Shown: positions 19,770-31,007 of the stretch, piece by piece
How positions within the stretch are numbered: the stretch's first letter is position 1
How the letters are laid out: every line of letters starts with the position of its first letter
Source of the DNA: a virus
Taxonomy: Duplodnaviria > Heunggongvirae > Uroviricota > Caudoviricetes
Virus record (IMG/VR): IMGVR_UViG_2690316149_000015
Span: 1 to 39,222 of that record
DNA length: 39,222 bases
Strand: one strand, 5' to 3'
Made by a program: the position numbers and the translations under genes
The notes under the pieces: generated by a model
Databases searched by the model: none
Told to the model about the DNA's origin: nothing
The model's input: the letters and a program-made list of their open reading frames with translations, nothing else

Positions 19770-20317
19770 TGAGGACGATTGAAGCCATGCAGCGACAACT
19801 CCTCGGCCTGATTGGGCGGGCCGTGGTGAAAAGCATCAGTGCCGCCACGAAATGTCAGACCGTGGATGTGTCCCTGATTGCCGGTGAACCCAAAGCCGGG
19901 GTTGAACATCTTGAACCCTACGGTTTTACCGCAAGGGCAAACAGCGGTGCGGAAGCGGTGGTGTTGTTTCCGGATGGCGACCGTTCTCATGCGGTGGTTG
20001 TTACGGTGTCGGACCGTCGCTACCGCCTGAAAGGGCTGCAAACGGGGGAGGTGGCTGTCTATGACGATCAGGGGCAGTCCGTGACGCTGACCCGGGAGGG
20101 GATCGTGGTGGACGGTGCAGGTAAAACGATCACGTTTCGCAATGCGCCCAGAGCACGTTTTGAAATGGACCTGGAAGTGACCGGACAGGTGAAAGACCTG
20201 TGCGACTCCGGCGGCACCACCATGTCAGCGATGCGGCTTGCCTATAACGGGCATCGTCACAGAGAGAACGGTCAGGGCAGTAACACCGACAAACCTGATA
20301 AAGCGATGGAGGCATGA
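19769..20317 (+). CDS. baseplate assembly protein V / spike (Mu gp45-like)
   Basis: 182 aa, start overlaps the upstream stop; baseplate cluster order. Confidence 0.75.
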   Translation: MRTIEAMQRQLLGLIGRAVVKSISAATKCQTVDVSLIAGEPKAGVEHLEPYGFTARANSGAEAVVLFPDGDRSHAVVVTVSDRRYRLKGLQTGEVAVYDDQGQSVTLTREGIVVDGAGKTITFRNAPRARFEMDLEVTGQVKDLCDSGGTTMSAMRLAYNGHRHRENGQGSNTDKPDKAMEA

Positions 20318-20742
20318 TGGAACTGTGGCTGACGGTGAACGGTAAACGCACCTGCGCCAGCGCACCGCTGGATCCGCTGACCCGCGCCGTGGTGATTTCC
20401 CTGTTCACCTGGCGGCGGGCGGAGCCTGATGACAATGCCGACGTCCCGATGGGATGGTGGGGGGATACCTGGCCTGCGGTACAGAATGACCGTTACGGCT
20501 CCCGGCTGTGGCTGCTTCAGCGCAGCAAACTGACCAATCAGCTGGTGCTGACGGTAAGGGGGTATATCCGCGAATGCCTGCAATGGATGATTGATGACGG
20601 CGTGGTGTCCCGTATTGATCTGGATATCCGCCGCACCGGGATTAATGAACTGGGTAACAGTATCACTCTCTGGCGTCGTGACGGACCGGTAATGATTTCT
20701 TTTGATGATCTGTGGAGTGCGATAACGCATGGCGGACAGTGA
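20314..20742 (+). CDS. baseplate protein (Mu gp46 / GPW-like)
   Basis: 142 aa, overlapping starts and stops on both sides. Confidence 0.7.
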   Translation: MMELWLTVNGKRTCASAPLDPLTRAVVISLFTWRRAEPDDNADVPMGWWGDTWPAVQNDRYGSRLWLLQRSKLTNQLVLTVRGYIRECLQWMIDDGVVSRIDLDIRRTGINELGNSITLWRRDGPVMISFDDLWSAITHGGQ

Positions 20743-21787
20743 ATTTCAGCGCCCGACGCTGGCAGAAAATATCAGTATGCTCCGTAACGATTTATTCGCC
20801 AGGCTGGACGTCAGCGACACGCTCCGGCGCATGGATGAAGACGTGCGGGCAAAGGTGTATGCGGCGGCGCTGCATACGGTTTACGGGTACATCGATTATC
20901 TGGCAATGAACATGCTGCCTGACCTGTGCGATGAGTCCTGGCTGGCGCGACATGCTGCGATGAAACGGTGTCCGCGCAAGGGGGCCACGGCTGCCAGCGG
21001 GTATATGCGCTGGGAAGGTGTCAGCGATGGCCTGAAGGTGACCGCCGGGAGTGTTATTCAGCGCGATGACCTGGTTCAGTATACTGCAACTGCCGATGCA
21101 ACCAGCTCCGGTGGTGTCCTGCGCGTGCCGATCGCCTGCTCAAATGCAGGCGCGGTCGGTAACGCTGACGACGGTACGGCATTAATCCTGGTCACGCCGG
21201 TGAATGGTCTGCCGTCTTCCGGTGTGGCTGACACCCTGACAGGCGGATTTGATACTGAAGAGCTGGAAACGTGGCGCGCCCGCGTCATTGAGCGGTATTA
21301 CTGGACGCCGCAGGGCGGGGCTGACGGGGACTATGTCGTCTGGGCTAAAGAAGTGCCCGGCATTACCCGCGCATGGACATACCGTCACTGGATGGGAACG
21401 GGAACTGTCGGTGTGATGATTGCCAGCAGTGACCTGATTAATCCCATTCCGGAAGAATCAACGGAAACGGCGGCAAGACAACATATCGAGCCACTGGCCC
21501 CGGTGGCAGGCTCTGATTTGTATGTGTTCAGGCCGGTGGCACATACGGTGGATTTTCATATCCGCGTGACGCCGGACACACCAGAAATACGGGCTGCCAT
21601 TACCGCGGAGTTGCGTTCGTTCCTGCTGCGTGATGGTTATCCGCAGGGAGAACTCAAGGTATCGCGTATCAGTGAGGCGATTTCCGGTGCGAACGGGGAA
21701 TACAGCCATCAGTTGCTTGCACCGGTGGACAATATCTCCATTGCGAAAAACGAACTGGCGGTACTGGGGACGATTTCATGGACGTGA
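20729..21787 (+). CDS. baseplate J-like protein (Mu gp47-like)
   Basis: 352 aa; typical size and position of the baseplate J family. Confidence 0.8.
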   Translation: MADSEFQRPTLAENISMLRNDLFARLDVSDTLRRMDEDVRAKVYAAALHTVYGYIDYLAMNMLPDLCDESWLARHAAMKRCPRKGATAASGYMRWEGVSDGLKVTAGSVIQRDDLVQYTATADATSSGGVLRVPIACSNAGAVGNADDGTALILVTPVNGLPSSGVADTLTGGFDTEELETWRARVIERYYWTPQGGADGDYVVWAKEVPGITRAWTYRHWMGTGTVGVMIASSDLINPIPEESTETAARQHIEPLAPVAGSDLYVFRPVAHTVDFHIRVTPDTPEIRAAITAELRSFLLRDGYPQGELKVSRISEAISGANGEYSHQLLAPVDNISIAKNELAVLGTISWT

Positions 21788-22362
21788 CAAACGATGATTA
21801 CATCCGCCTGTTATCGGCACTGTTGCCGCCCGGTCCGGCGTGGTCAGCCAGCGATCCGGCGATTGCCGGTGCGGCACCGTCATTAACCCGTGTTCATCAG
21901 CGTGCGGATGCCCTGATGCGGGAGCTGGATCCGCGCACCACCACTGAACTGATAAACCGCTGGGAGCGTCTGTGCGGTCTGCCGGATGAATGTATTCCGG
22001 CAGGGACGCAGACCCTTCGCCAGCGTCAGCAACGGCTGGATGCGAAGGTTAACCTGGCGGGCGGCATCAACGAGAATTTTTATCTTGCACAGCTTGCTGC
22101 CCTGGGCAGACCAGACGCTACCATCACGCGATACGACAAAAGCACGTTCACCTGCTCATCGGCCTGTACTGACGCGGTGAATGCGCCGGAATGGCGGTAT
22201 TACTGGCAGGTCAACATGCCAGCCGCCACAAACACCACCTGGATGACATGTGGCGATCCCTGTGATTCCGCGCTGCGTATCTGGGGCGACACCGTTGTCG
22301 AGTGTGTGCTTAACAAACTCTGCCCGTCGCATACCTACGTAATTTTTAAATATCCGGAGTAA
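21778..22362 (+). CDS. tail protein, Mu gp48 / YmfQ-like (DUF2313-type)
   Basis: 194 aa between baseplate J and the tail fibre, the same slot as ymfQ in e14. Confidence 0.7.
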   Translation: MDVTNDDYIRLLSALLPPGPAWSASDPAIAGAAPSLTRVHQRADALMRELDPRTTTELINRWERLCGLPDECIPAGTQTLRQRQQRLDAKVNLAGGINENFYLAQLAALGRPDATITRYDKSTFTCSSACTDAVNAPEWRYYWQVNMPAATNTTWMTCGDPCDSALRIWGDTVVECVLNKLCPSHTYVIFKYPE

Positions 22363-22365
22363 TCC

Positions 22366-23046
22366 ATGCATCGTATAGACACGAAAACCGCGCAGAAGGA
22401 TAAGTTCGGCGCGGGTAAGAACGGTTTTACCCGTGGTAACCCCCAGACCGGCACACCTGCCACCGATCTGGATGATGACTACTTTGACATGTTGCAGGAA
22501 GAACTTTGTAGCGTGGTGGAGGCATCCGGTGCCAGTCTGGAGAAGGCGCGGCACGACCAGCTGCTTACCGCGCTTCGTGCGCTGCTGTTAAGCCGCAAGA
22601 ATCCGTTTGGCGATATCAAATCGGATGGCACGGTGAAAACGGCTCTCGAAAACCTTGGTTTGGGAGAAGCGGCAACGAGGAACGTCGGAACGGATACCGG
22701 GCAAGTACCAGATATGAGTAGTTTTACAACGGGGCACTCTGGAGCAGCAGACTGGCCGAATTCTAAATCTGGATGGAGTAAGGGGCCGGATGGGGTAATT
22801 ACACAATGGGGTATTTTCGGTTTCCCCGTTGGACAGACAGGGACGAATGTTGTTTTCCCGCTACCTTTCCCCGCGCGGGTCGAATCAATTACACTGACAA
22901 TGGCAGATATCCAGGAGTCTCTGCTTTCTCCAACAACCATGCCTGCTTATGGAGTTAACTCAACTGGTACTTCAAGAACGGGTTTTACAGCCCGTATGTC
23001 AGGTAGCGGTGGGTTTAATCTTTGCTATATAGCGAAAGGGAGATAA
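22366..23046 (+). CDS. tail fibre protein: constant N-terminus plus currently expressed variable C-terminus
   Basis: 226 aa; the upstream Pin crossover site lies inside it at 22643-22668, encoding ALENLGLGE. Confidence 0.8.
   Translation: MHRIDTKTAQKDKFGAGKNGFTRGNPQTGTPATDLDDDYFDMLQEELCSVVEASGASLEKARHDQLLTALRALLLSRKNPFGDIKSDGTVKTALENLGLGEAATRNVGTDTGQVPDMSSFTTGHSGAADWPNSKSGWSKGPDGVITQWGIFGFPVGQTGTNVVFPLPFPARVESITLTMADIQESLLSPTTMPAYGVNSTGTSRTGFTARMSGSGGFNLCYIAKGR
22643..22668. promoter_or_regulatory. Hin/Gin/Pin-family inversion crossover site (left)
   Basis: 26-bp imperfect dyad CTCTCGAAAACC-TT-GGTTTGGGAGAA; the last 14 bp are identical to the reverse complement of the site at 24470-24495. 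Confidence 0.65.
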
Positions 23047-23050
23047 CAGA

Positions 23051-23494
23051 ATGAATAAAGTTAAAAGTGTTTACAGCCCTTCCGAAAATGCAATCTACAA
23101 CGCAGCGCTATACGAAAGTTATATCAAGGAGGGGACATGGCCGCAGGATGGTATTGAAATCAGCGATGAGGATGCTGTCAGATTTAATGGGGGAAATAAG
23201 CCAACAGGAAAAATGCTGGGAATGGTTTCAGGGGCCCTTGCATGGGTTGATGAGCCGCCGCTTTCACCAGAACAGAAAATATCAGATGCAGAAAACATGA
23301 AAGCCACATTTCGTGCAAAAGCTGACAGTGAAATATCCTGGCGTCAGGATGCTGTTGATGCGGGCATTGCAACTGATGAAGAAACTTCAACTCTCACCCA
23401 ATGGAAGAAATACCGTGTGCTGCTGATGCGTGTTGATACTTCAACAGCCCCCGATATTGAATGGCCTACGCCTCCGGCAGTTCAGGCCAGATGA
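23051..23494 (+). CDS. tail fibre assembly protein (Tfa), inside the invertible segment
   Basis: 147 aa; C-terminal region (WKKYRVLLMRVDTSTAPDIEWPTPP) typical of Tfa/U-family chaperones; converges on a second tfa on the other strand. Confidence 0.85.
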   Translation: MNKVKSVYSPSENAIYNAALYESYIKEGTWPQDGIEISDEDAVRFNGGNKPTGKMLGMVSGALAWVDEPPLSPEQKISDAENMKATFRAKADSEISWRQDAVDAGIATDEETSTLTQWKKYRVLLMRVDTSTAPDIEWPTPPAVQAR

Positions 23495-24068
23495 CATCCG
23501 GCGCGGTGCTGGTATCTGTTGCCGTCACCGCGTCGATATAATCCAGCACAACGTTAAGGCGAGTTGTTTCTGCCTGCATCAACTTCCGTCCGGCCTGCAA
23601 TTTCAGTTGAATCAGACTGATGGAAGCCATAGCAGCATCAATAAGCGACTGGCGCTGTGCTTCTGCTGCATCTACTGCGGCGCTATGCTGTGCCTCGGTA
23701 TCCGTCACCCATTTCTCACCATCCCATTCATCGTATGGCGTTAACGGGGCGATAGTGGTCGTATTTTCAGGATAATCACCCGGACCTGTGATTTCTTTCA
23801 ATTCTCCTGTTTCGGTGCTATAAACGATTTCACCGCGATGGTCTGGCACATATTCCCATGAGTTTAAATCCATCGAACGGCAGATAGCATAACCCGCCTT
23901 ATGTGTGCCAGGGGCATCTAAACAGGAATATGCAGGGATACCGACACCAATGGCAAGATATTCATTTGAAGTGGAAATATATTCCCGAGTTTCACCATCA
24001 TAGTTATAGACGGTAATATTCCCCGCCTTCGTGGCAATAAGCTCGCTATTTAATACGGCGTTATCCAT
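23466..24068 (-). CDS. alternative tail fibre assembly protein (Tfa'), inside the invertible segment
   Basis: 200 aa on the minus strand with the same C-terminal Tfa signature (TSTAPDVIWPELPE); 3' ends of the two tfa genes overlap. Confidence 0.85.
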   Translation of the reverse strand: MDNAVLNSELIATKAGNITVYNYDGETREYISTSNEYLAIGVGIPAYSCLDAPGTHKAGYAICRSMDLNSWEYVPDHRGEIVYSTETGELKEITGPGDYPENTTTIAPLTPYDEWDGEKWVTDTEAQHSAAVDAAEAQRQSLIDAAMASISLIQLKLQAGRKLMQAETTRLNVVLDYIDAVTATDTSTAPDVIWPELPEA

Positions 24069-24523
24069 TATGCAGCCCTCACGATAAAGTTAAATGCAAT
24101 ATTTCGTGGACGGGTTTCACTCCCGCCATATGATGATGTAAATCCCGAATATGCCCGGTGTCCCGCATCCGTCGTATTAGCCCAGGAAGGACCGCTAGAA
24201 GTATAGATGACCCCATTGTAATCATGGCCGTGTGCCTCAATGCTCCCGTCCTGAGCAGACAGGAGAGTCCGTCCTGAATCAATTCCTCTTCCATCATCCC
24301 ACCCACGAATGAATTCGCCGCGTAAATCTGGCAATTTATTTGTCGGATAAACTTTTGCCAGTTCCGGATACTCTTCGGCAGAAAAAGCTGCACCGTTGCA
24401 TTTCAGCCAACCTGTTGGCGGTGTGACTGAAGGCCACGGAACAGGCACACCTACGGGTAATGCAGAGCCTTCTCCCAAACCAACGTTTATGAAAATGCAG
24501 AAATAACGAGCAAATGGCATCAT
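24068..24523 (-). CDS. silent alternative tail fibre C-terminal cassette (S'v-like), expressed only after inversion
   Basis: Contains the PVGVPVPWP..GW..C..G..F tail-fibre tip motif; its 5' end encodes NVGLGE across the right crossover site, in frame with LGLGE at the left site. The ORF-track start is probably not a real start. Confidence 0.8.
   Translation of the reverse strand: MMPFARYFCIFINVGLGEGSALPVGVPVPWPSVTPPTGWLKCNGAAFSAEEYPELAKVYPTNKLPDLRGEFIRGWDDGRGIDSGRTLLSAQDGSIEAHGHDYNGVIYTSSGPSWANTTDAGHRAYSGFTSSYGGSETRPRNIAFNFIVRAA
24470..24495. promoter_or_regulatory. Hin/Gin/Pin-family inversion crossover site (right)
   Basis: TTCTCCCAAACC-AA-CGTTTATGAAAA; reverse complement TTTTCATAAACG-TT-GGTTTGGGAGAA shares the central TT and 14 bp with the left site; lies just upstream of pin. 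Confidence 0.65.
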
Positions 24524-24549
24524 TCCTGCTTTTGTCAGGGAGATCTACC

Positions 24550-25104
24550 ATGCTTATTGGCTATGTACGTGTGTCAACAAATGACCAGAACACAGATCTA
24601 CAACGTAATGCGCTGAACTGTGCAGGATGCGAGCTGATTTTTGAAGACAAGATAAGCGGTACAAAGTCCGAAAGGCCGGGACTGAAAAAACTGCTCAGGA
24701 CATTATCGGCAGGTGACACTCTGGTTGTCTGGAAACTGGACCGACTGGGGCGCAGTATGCGGCATCTTGTCGTGCTGGTGGAGGAGTTGCGCGAACGAGG
24801 CATCAACTTTCGTAGTCTGACGGATTCAATTGATACCAGTACCCCAATGGGGCGCTTTTTCTTTCATGTGATGGGTGCCCTGGCTGAAATGGAACGAGAA
24901 CTGATTGTTGAACGAACAAAAGCTGGACTGGAAGCTGCTCGCGCACAGGGACGAATTGGTGGACGTCGTCCCAAACTTACACCAGAACAATGGGCGCAGG
25001 CCGGGCGATTAATTGCATCAGGCGTTCCTCGCCAGAAGGTGGCGATCATCTATGATGTTGGTATATCGACACTGTATAAGAAGTTTCCGGTCGGAGATAA
25101 ATGA
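24550..25104 (+). CDS. pin: serine DNA invertase, Pin/Hin/Gin family
   Basis: ORF 24514..25104, start taken at MLIGYVRVSTNDQ; catalytic serine motif and C-terminal HTH; recognised as essentially the e14 PinE sequence. Confidence 0.95.
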   Translation: MLIGYVRVSTNDQNTDLQRNALNCAGCELIFEDKISGTKSERPGLKKLLRTLSAGDTLVVWKLDRLGRSMRHLVVLVEELRERGINFRSLTDSIDTSTPMGRFFFHVMGALAEMERELIVERTKAGLEAARAQGRIGGRRPKLTPEQWAQAGRLIASGVPRQKVAIIYDVGISTLYKKFPVGDK

Positions 25105-25105
25105 A

Positions 25106-25143
25106 ACCGTAGCACGTCGTATGCAAGAAGATCGTGCTGCGGT
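25106..25143. terminator. putative bidirectional hairpin between convergent pin and GIY-YIG genes
   Basis: ACCGTAGCACG ... CGTGCTGCGGT, an 11-bp stem with one mismatch and a 16-nt loop, in the 60-bp gap between the two stop codons. Confidence 0.35.
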
Positions 25144-25164
25144 TTATGCTTATCACTTAAAGAC

Positions 25165-26034
<870 letters not shown>

Positions 26035-26117
26035 CTAACCCTTTGAATTTACATAGCGCAAAAAGATACCTTTCCTCATAATGTGAGCTAATTTTATGTT
26101 TCGTTTGATGATCGGGT

Positions 26118-26179
26118 CGGTCTCGAAAACCGGAGTAGGGGCAACTCTACCGGGGGTTCAAATCCCCCTCTCTCCGCCA
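26118..26179 (+). other. partial tRNA-Ser (serU-like, anticodon CGA) 3' fragment; probable prophage attR core
   Basis: CGGTCTCGAAAACCGGAGTAGGGGCAACTCTACCGGGGGTTCAAATCCCCCTCTCTCCGCCA matches my recollection of the serU 3' 62 nt (anticodon loop, variable arm, T arm, acceptor 3' strand, CCA). No D-arm or 5' acceptor sequence upstream. Confidence 0.65.
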
Positions 26180-26278
26180 CTTTATCAATGACTTATCTCC
26201 CGACTTCCCGCCTTGCTTTTCCTAAACAGAACAATCGTAGAATATTCTTGAAGGGTTAGATCGTCACTGTTTTCTGTT

Positions 26279-26505
26279 CAGAACAGAAAATATCAGATGC
26301 AGAAAACATGAAAGCCACATTTCGTGCAAAAGCTGACAGTGAAATATCCTGGCGTCAGGATGCTGTTGATGCGGGCATTGCAACTGATGAAGAAACTTCA
26401 ACTCTCACCCAATGGAAGAAATACCGTGTGCTGCTGATGCGTGTTGATACTTCAACAGCCCCCGATATTGAATGGCCTACGCCTCCGGCAGTTCAGGCCA
26501 GATGA
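26279..26505 (+). pseudogene. 5'-truncated tail fibre assembly gene (copy 2 of tfa 3' part)
   Basis: Duplicate of the tfa C-terminal 75 codons only; the N-terminal part is missing because the repeat unit starts inside tfa. Confidence 0.7.
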
Positions 26506-27079
26506 CATCCGGCGCGGTGCTGGTATCTGTTGCCGTCACCGCGTCGATATAATCCAGCACAACGTTAAGGCGAGTTGTTTCTGCCTGCATCAACTTCCGT
26601 CCGGCCTGCAATTTCAGTTGAATCAGACTGATGGAAGCCATAGCAGCATCAATAAGCGACTGGCGCTGTGCTTCTGCTGCATCTACTGCGGCGCTATGCT
26701 GTGCCTCGGTATCCGTCACCCATTTCTCACCATCCCATTCATCGTATGGCGTTAACGGGGCGATAGTGGTCGTATTTTCAGGATAATCACCCGGACCTGT
26801 GATTTCTTTCAATTCTCCTGTTTCGGTGCTATAAACGATTTCACCGCGATGGTCTGGCACATATTCCCATGAGTTTAAATCCATCGAACGGCAGATAGCA
26901 TAACCCGCCTTATGTGTGCCAGGGGCATCTAAACAGGAATATGCAGGGATACCGACACCAATGGCAAGATATTCATTTGAAGTGGAAATATATTCCCGAG
27001 TTTCACCATCATAGTTATAGACGGTAATATTCCCCGCCTTCGTGGCAATAAGCTCGCTATTTAATACGGCGTTATCCAT
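26477..27079 (-). CDS. alternative tail fibre assembly protein (copy 2)
   Basis: Identical translation to 23466..24068. Confidence 0.8.
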   Translation of the reverse strand: MDNAVLNSELIATKAGNITVYNYDGETREYISTSNEYLAIGVGIPAYSCLDAPGTHKAGYAICRSMDLNSWEYVPDHRGEIVYSTETGELKEITGPGDYPENTTTIAPLTPYDEWDGEKWVTDTEAQHSAAVDAAEAQRQSLIDAAMASISLIQLKLQAGRKLMQAETTRLNVVLDYIDAVTATDTSTAPDVIWPELPEA

Positions 27080-27534
27080 TATGCAGCCCTCACGATAAAG
27101 TTAAATGCAATATTTCGTGGACGGGTTTCACTCCCGCCATATGATGATGTAAATCCCGAATATGCCCGGTGTCCCGCATCCGTCGTATTAGCCCAGGAAG
27201 GACCGCTAGAAGTATAGATGACCCCATTGTAATCATGGCCGTGTGCCTCAATGCTCCCGTCCTGAGCAGACAGGAGAGTCCGTCCTGAATCAATTCCTCT
27301 TCCATCATCCCACCCACGAATGAATTCGCCGCGTAAATCTGGCAATTTATTTGTCGGATAAACTTTTGCCAGTTCCGGATACTCTTCGGCAGAAAAAGCT
27401 GCACCGTTGCATTTCAGCCAACCTGTTGGCGGTGTGACTGAAGGCCACGGAACAGGCACACCTACGGGTAATGCAGAGCCTTCTCCCAAACCAACGTTTA
27501 TGAAAATGCAGAAATAACGAGCAAATGGCATCAT
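27079..27534 (-). CDS. silent tail fibre C-terminal cassette (copy 2)
   Basis: Identical translation to 24068..24523. Confidence 0.75.
   Translation of the reverse strand: MMPFARYFCIFINVGLGEGSALPVGVPVPWPSVTPPTGWLKCNGAAFSAEEYPELAKVYPTNKLPDLRGEFIRGWDDGRGIDSGRTLLSAQDGSIEAHGHDYNGVIYTSSGPSWANTTDAGHRAYSGFTSSYGGSETRPRNIAFNFIVRAA
27481..27506. promoter_or_regulatory. second copy of the right inversion crossover site
   Basis: Position of 24470-24495 plus 3011 within the identical repeat. Confidence 0.6.
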
Positions 27535-27560
27535 TCCTGCTTTTGTCAGGGAGATCTACC

Positions 27561-28115
27561 ATGCTTATTGGCTATGTACGTGTGTCAACAAATGACCAGA
27601 ACACAGATCTACAACGTAATGCGCTGAACTGTGCAGGATGCGAGCTGATTTTTGAAGACAAGATAAGCGGTACAAAGTCCGAAAGGCCGGGACTGAAAAA
27701 ACTGCTCAGGACATTATCGGCAGGTGACACTCTGGTTGTCTGGAAACTGGACCGACTGGGGCGCAGTATGCGGCATCTTGTCGTGCTGGTGGAGGAGTTG
27801 CGCGAACGAGGCATCAACTTTCGTAGTCTGACGGATTCAATTGATACCAGTACCCCAATGGGGCGCTTTTTCTTTCATGTGATGGGTGCCCTGGCTGAAA
27901 TGGAACGAGAACTGATTGTTGAACGAACAAAAGCTGGACTGGAAGCTGCTCGCGCACAGGGACGAATTGGTGGACGTCGTCCCAAACTTACACCAGAACA
28001 ATGGGCGCAGGCCGGGCGATTAATTGCATCAGGCGTTCCTCGCCAGAAGGTGGCGATCATCTATGATGTTGGTATATCGACACTGTATAAGAAGTTTCCG
28101 GTCGGAGATAAATGA
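27561..28115 (+). CDS. pin: serine DNA invertase Pin (copy 2)
   Basis: Identical translation to 24550..25104. Confidence 0.9.
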   Translation: MLIGYVRVSTNDQNTDLQRNALNCAGCELIFEDKISGTKSERPGLKKLLRTLSAGDTLVVWKLDRLGRSMRHLVVLVEELRERGINFRSLTDSIDTSTPMGRFFFHVMGALAEMERELIVERTKAGLEAARAQGRIGGRRPKLTPEQWAQAGRLIASGVPRQKVAIIYDVGISTLYKKFPVGDK

Positions 28116-28175
28116 AACCGTAGCACGTCGTATGCAAGAAGATCGTGCTGCGGTTTATGCTTATCACTTAAAGAC

Positions 28176-29045
<870 letters not shown>

Positions 29046-29128
29046 CTAACCCTTTGAATTTACATAGCGCAAAAAGATACCTTTCCTCATAATGTGAGCT
29101 AATTTTATGTTTCGTTTGATGATCGGGT

Positions 29129-29190
29129 CGGTCTCGAAAACCGGAGTAGGGGCAACTCTACCGGGGGTTCAAATCCCCCTCTCTCCGCCA
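29129..29190 (+). other. partial tRNA-Ser 3' fragment (copy 2)
   Basis: Duplicate of 26118..26179 within the tandem repeat. Confidence 0.6.
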
Positions 29191-29774
29191 CTTTATCAAT
29201 GACTTATCTCCCGACTTCCCGCCTTGCTTTTCCTAAACAGAACAATCGTAGAATATTCTTGAAGGGTTAGATCGTCACTGTTTTCTGTTCGATACTGTGA
29301 CATTCAGCACTTGATTCGCTATGGATCTGACAGGAAGGTTTCGAGCGAAAATCTGCAGTTATTCAGTCGTTTTCTTATCGGTCACCATTATTCTTTTAGA
29401 CATTGATCCTACAAAGCTGCCGCAAAGTTGGTGGTGGGAACTGAAGTTGCGTAGAGAAGGGGTCAATACCCGGAGGCACACATGGGCTGGCAAAAGTGTA
29501 GCGGTATTAGGCGCAGCTATTTAGCCTAGTTATGTTTTATGAAAACTTGATGTCATATAAGTGTCTTACTTATTGGCTGTAAATAAGTTTTTTCTAAGGA
29601 ATTGTTTCTTGAGTATCATTTGTAACTGTAACGGAATTTATAATCCTTTGCTTTATTGTTACGGTATTTTTTATCACACCCTATTTTTTATGTGGTTTTT
29701 TATACTGAAGTTTGGCAAAGTGAACTTTATATGCATATACTTCATCCTAGTTTCAGTTAAATTGGGTGGATGAT

Positions 29775-30518
29775 ATGGCAACTACATGTTCAGTTATATT
29801 GATTATGGAGTCCTTTGATGTTTATTTCGGAAAAGAGAGTGTGTTTCTGGAGAGAGGTTCATCTGTACTTGTCGATTCTAGCTCTAGAGATTTTTTCCTG
29901 ACATATCCTGAAAGAGTGATAGTGGCGGATTTTGGCGCTGAGTTTATTAGTCGCTATTTGAAAGCTAATAACTTAAGGGATATTTCTGATTGTAGGGAAT
30001 ATCCATCTTATTTAAAAATAAACTTTGTTGACTTCAGTTTAATTAAAGGATTAATTAGTTGGGCTAATCACTGTGCTGAATACATAGAAATTTTTGATGA
30101 GTCTATTGCTTTTACATGTCTCTCTGCATTTTCTTCTGAAAAACAATTTGGAGTATTTCTGTTTGGATGTTTGAAAAGCACAGGGGCTAAAGTTAAAACG
30201 ATTATTCATACGGATTTATCTGCACCATGGCGTCTTAAGGATATATCATCAAGATTATATCTCAGCGAAAGTTTACTAAAGAGGAAATTGAAAGAAGAGG
30301 GGGTATCATTCAGTAAGATCATACTTGATGAGAGGATGCAAATGGCTGAATATTTACTCAGCACTCGTTGTTATCCTATTAGTAAAGTAGCTAAGGTCTG
30401 TGGTTATGCCAGTGTCTCATACTTTACTTATGTATTTAGACGTTATTTTGGTGTTTCTCCAAGTCAATACTCTCAGAGGAGTTCAGAAAGTAAAATTCTT
30501 ACTCACCAGGGAATCTGA
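29775..30518 (+). CDS. AraC/XylS-family transcriptional regulator (AppY/EnvY-like)
   Basis: ORF 29766..30518 starts at GTG; ATG at 29775. C-terminal double HTH (WRLKDISSRLYLSESLLKRKLKEEGVSFSKII...KVAKVCGYASVSYFTYVFRRYFGVSPSQY) resembles AppY/EnvY as I recall them; the gene sits in a strongly AT-rich block. Confidence 0.85.
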   Translation: MATTCSVILIMESFDVYFGKESVFLERGSSVLVDSSSRDFFLTYPERVIVADFGAEFISRYLKANNLRDISDCREYPSYLKINFVDFSLIKGLISWANHCAEYIEIFDESIAFTCLSAFSSEKQFGVFLFGCLKSTGAKVKTIIHTDLSAPWRLKDISSRLYLSESLLKRKLKEEGVSFSKIILDERMQMAEYLLSTRCYPISKVAKVCGYASVSYFTYVFRRYFGVSPSQYSQRSSESKILTHQGI

Positions 30519-30522
30519 TCAT

Positions 30523-30787
30523 TGTTCTTGCCCCCTTATTTCCAGACAGGGGGTGTATCTTAAGTTAACGTTACCCGCTGACGTCGATATTCTCGCGGAG
30601 AGCGATAACCCAACGCACTGTGCGGATGGTTTTCATTGTAATATTCGATCGCCACTGCAAGATTATGCAATGCCGTTCTTACATTCGGTTTCGGCATGAA
30701 CGCGATGTAGACTTCCTTCATCGTTTTCACGAACCTTTCTGCCATTCCATTACTCTGAGGACTGCTGATTACCCATGAGGAGTACAA
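30523..30787 (-). mobile_element. IS2-group (IS3 family) remnant: terminal inverted repeat plus transposase C-terminal fragment
   Basis: TGTTCTTGCCCCCTTATTTCCAGACA at 30523 resembles the IS2 terminal repeat; ORF 30560..30787 ends ...[14 protein letters not shown]...[18 protein letters not shown], like an IS2 OrfB C-terminus, with the upstream transposase missing. Confidence 0.65.
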
Positions 30788-31007
30788 TTAAACGGGTTAA
30801 TCAGTTTCTCCATTTGAAAGAAAAAAGACTTCTGTACTGTTTGATATCACCGCTATTTTCTTATTTTCTGTGCAGGTCGTAGTGGGACAAAACTGAGACA
30901 CATAAGGCCTCACAATGGCTTGCAAGGCTTTACATGTTTTGATGTGGTGGGACGTGTGAGCGCAGTGTTGATGGGGTAATGCTTTGAATTAGAAGCGGAT
31001 TCTTATA

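Noticed and set aside
22998-23023. GGTTT-containing 26-mer near the tail fibre stop as the left crossover site
   Set aside because: Its left half (GTCAGGTAGCGG) has no dyad symmetry and no match to the right site; the site at 22643-22668 fits far better and gives an in-frame fusion.
26041-26179. A complete tRNA-Ser gene
   Set aside because: Only the 3' 62 nt are present; the upstream sequence contains no D-arm or 5' acceptor strand (no GGAGAGA complement), so this is an att-type fragment.
26269-26291. The 21-bp perfect palindrome at the duplication junction as a Pin recombination site
   Set aside because: Hin-family sites are 12-2-12 imperfect dyads with an AAACC/GGTTT core; this is an 11-1-11 perfect palindrome without that core and arises simply by joining the unit end to the unit start.
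29321-29773. ORFs 29321..29524 and 29561..29773 in the AT-rich islet
   Set aside because: Low-complexity, Phe/Ile/Leu-rich translations typical of random AT-rich DNA; no ribosome-binding site and no recognisable motif. A small membrane peptide cannot be fully excluded.
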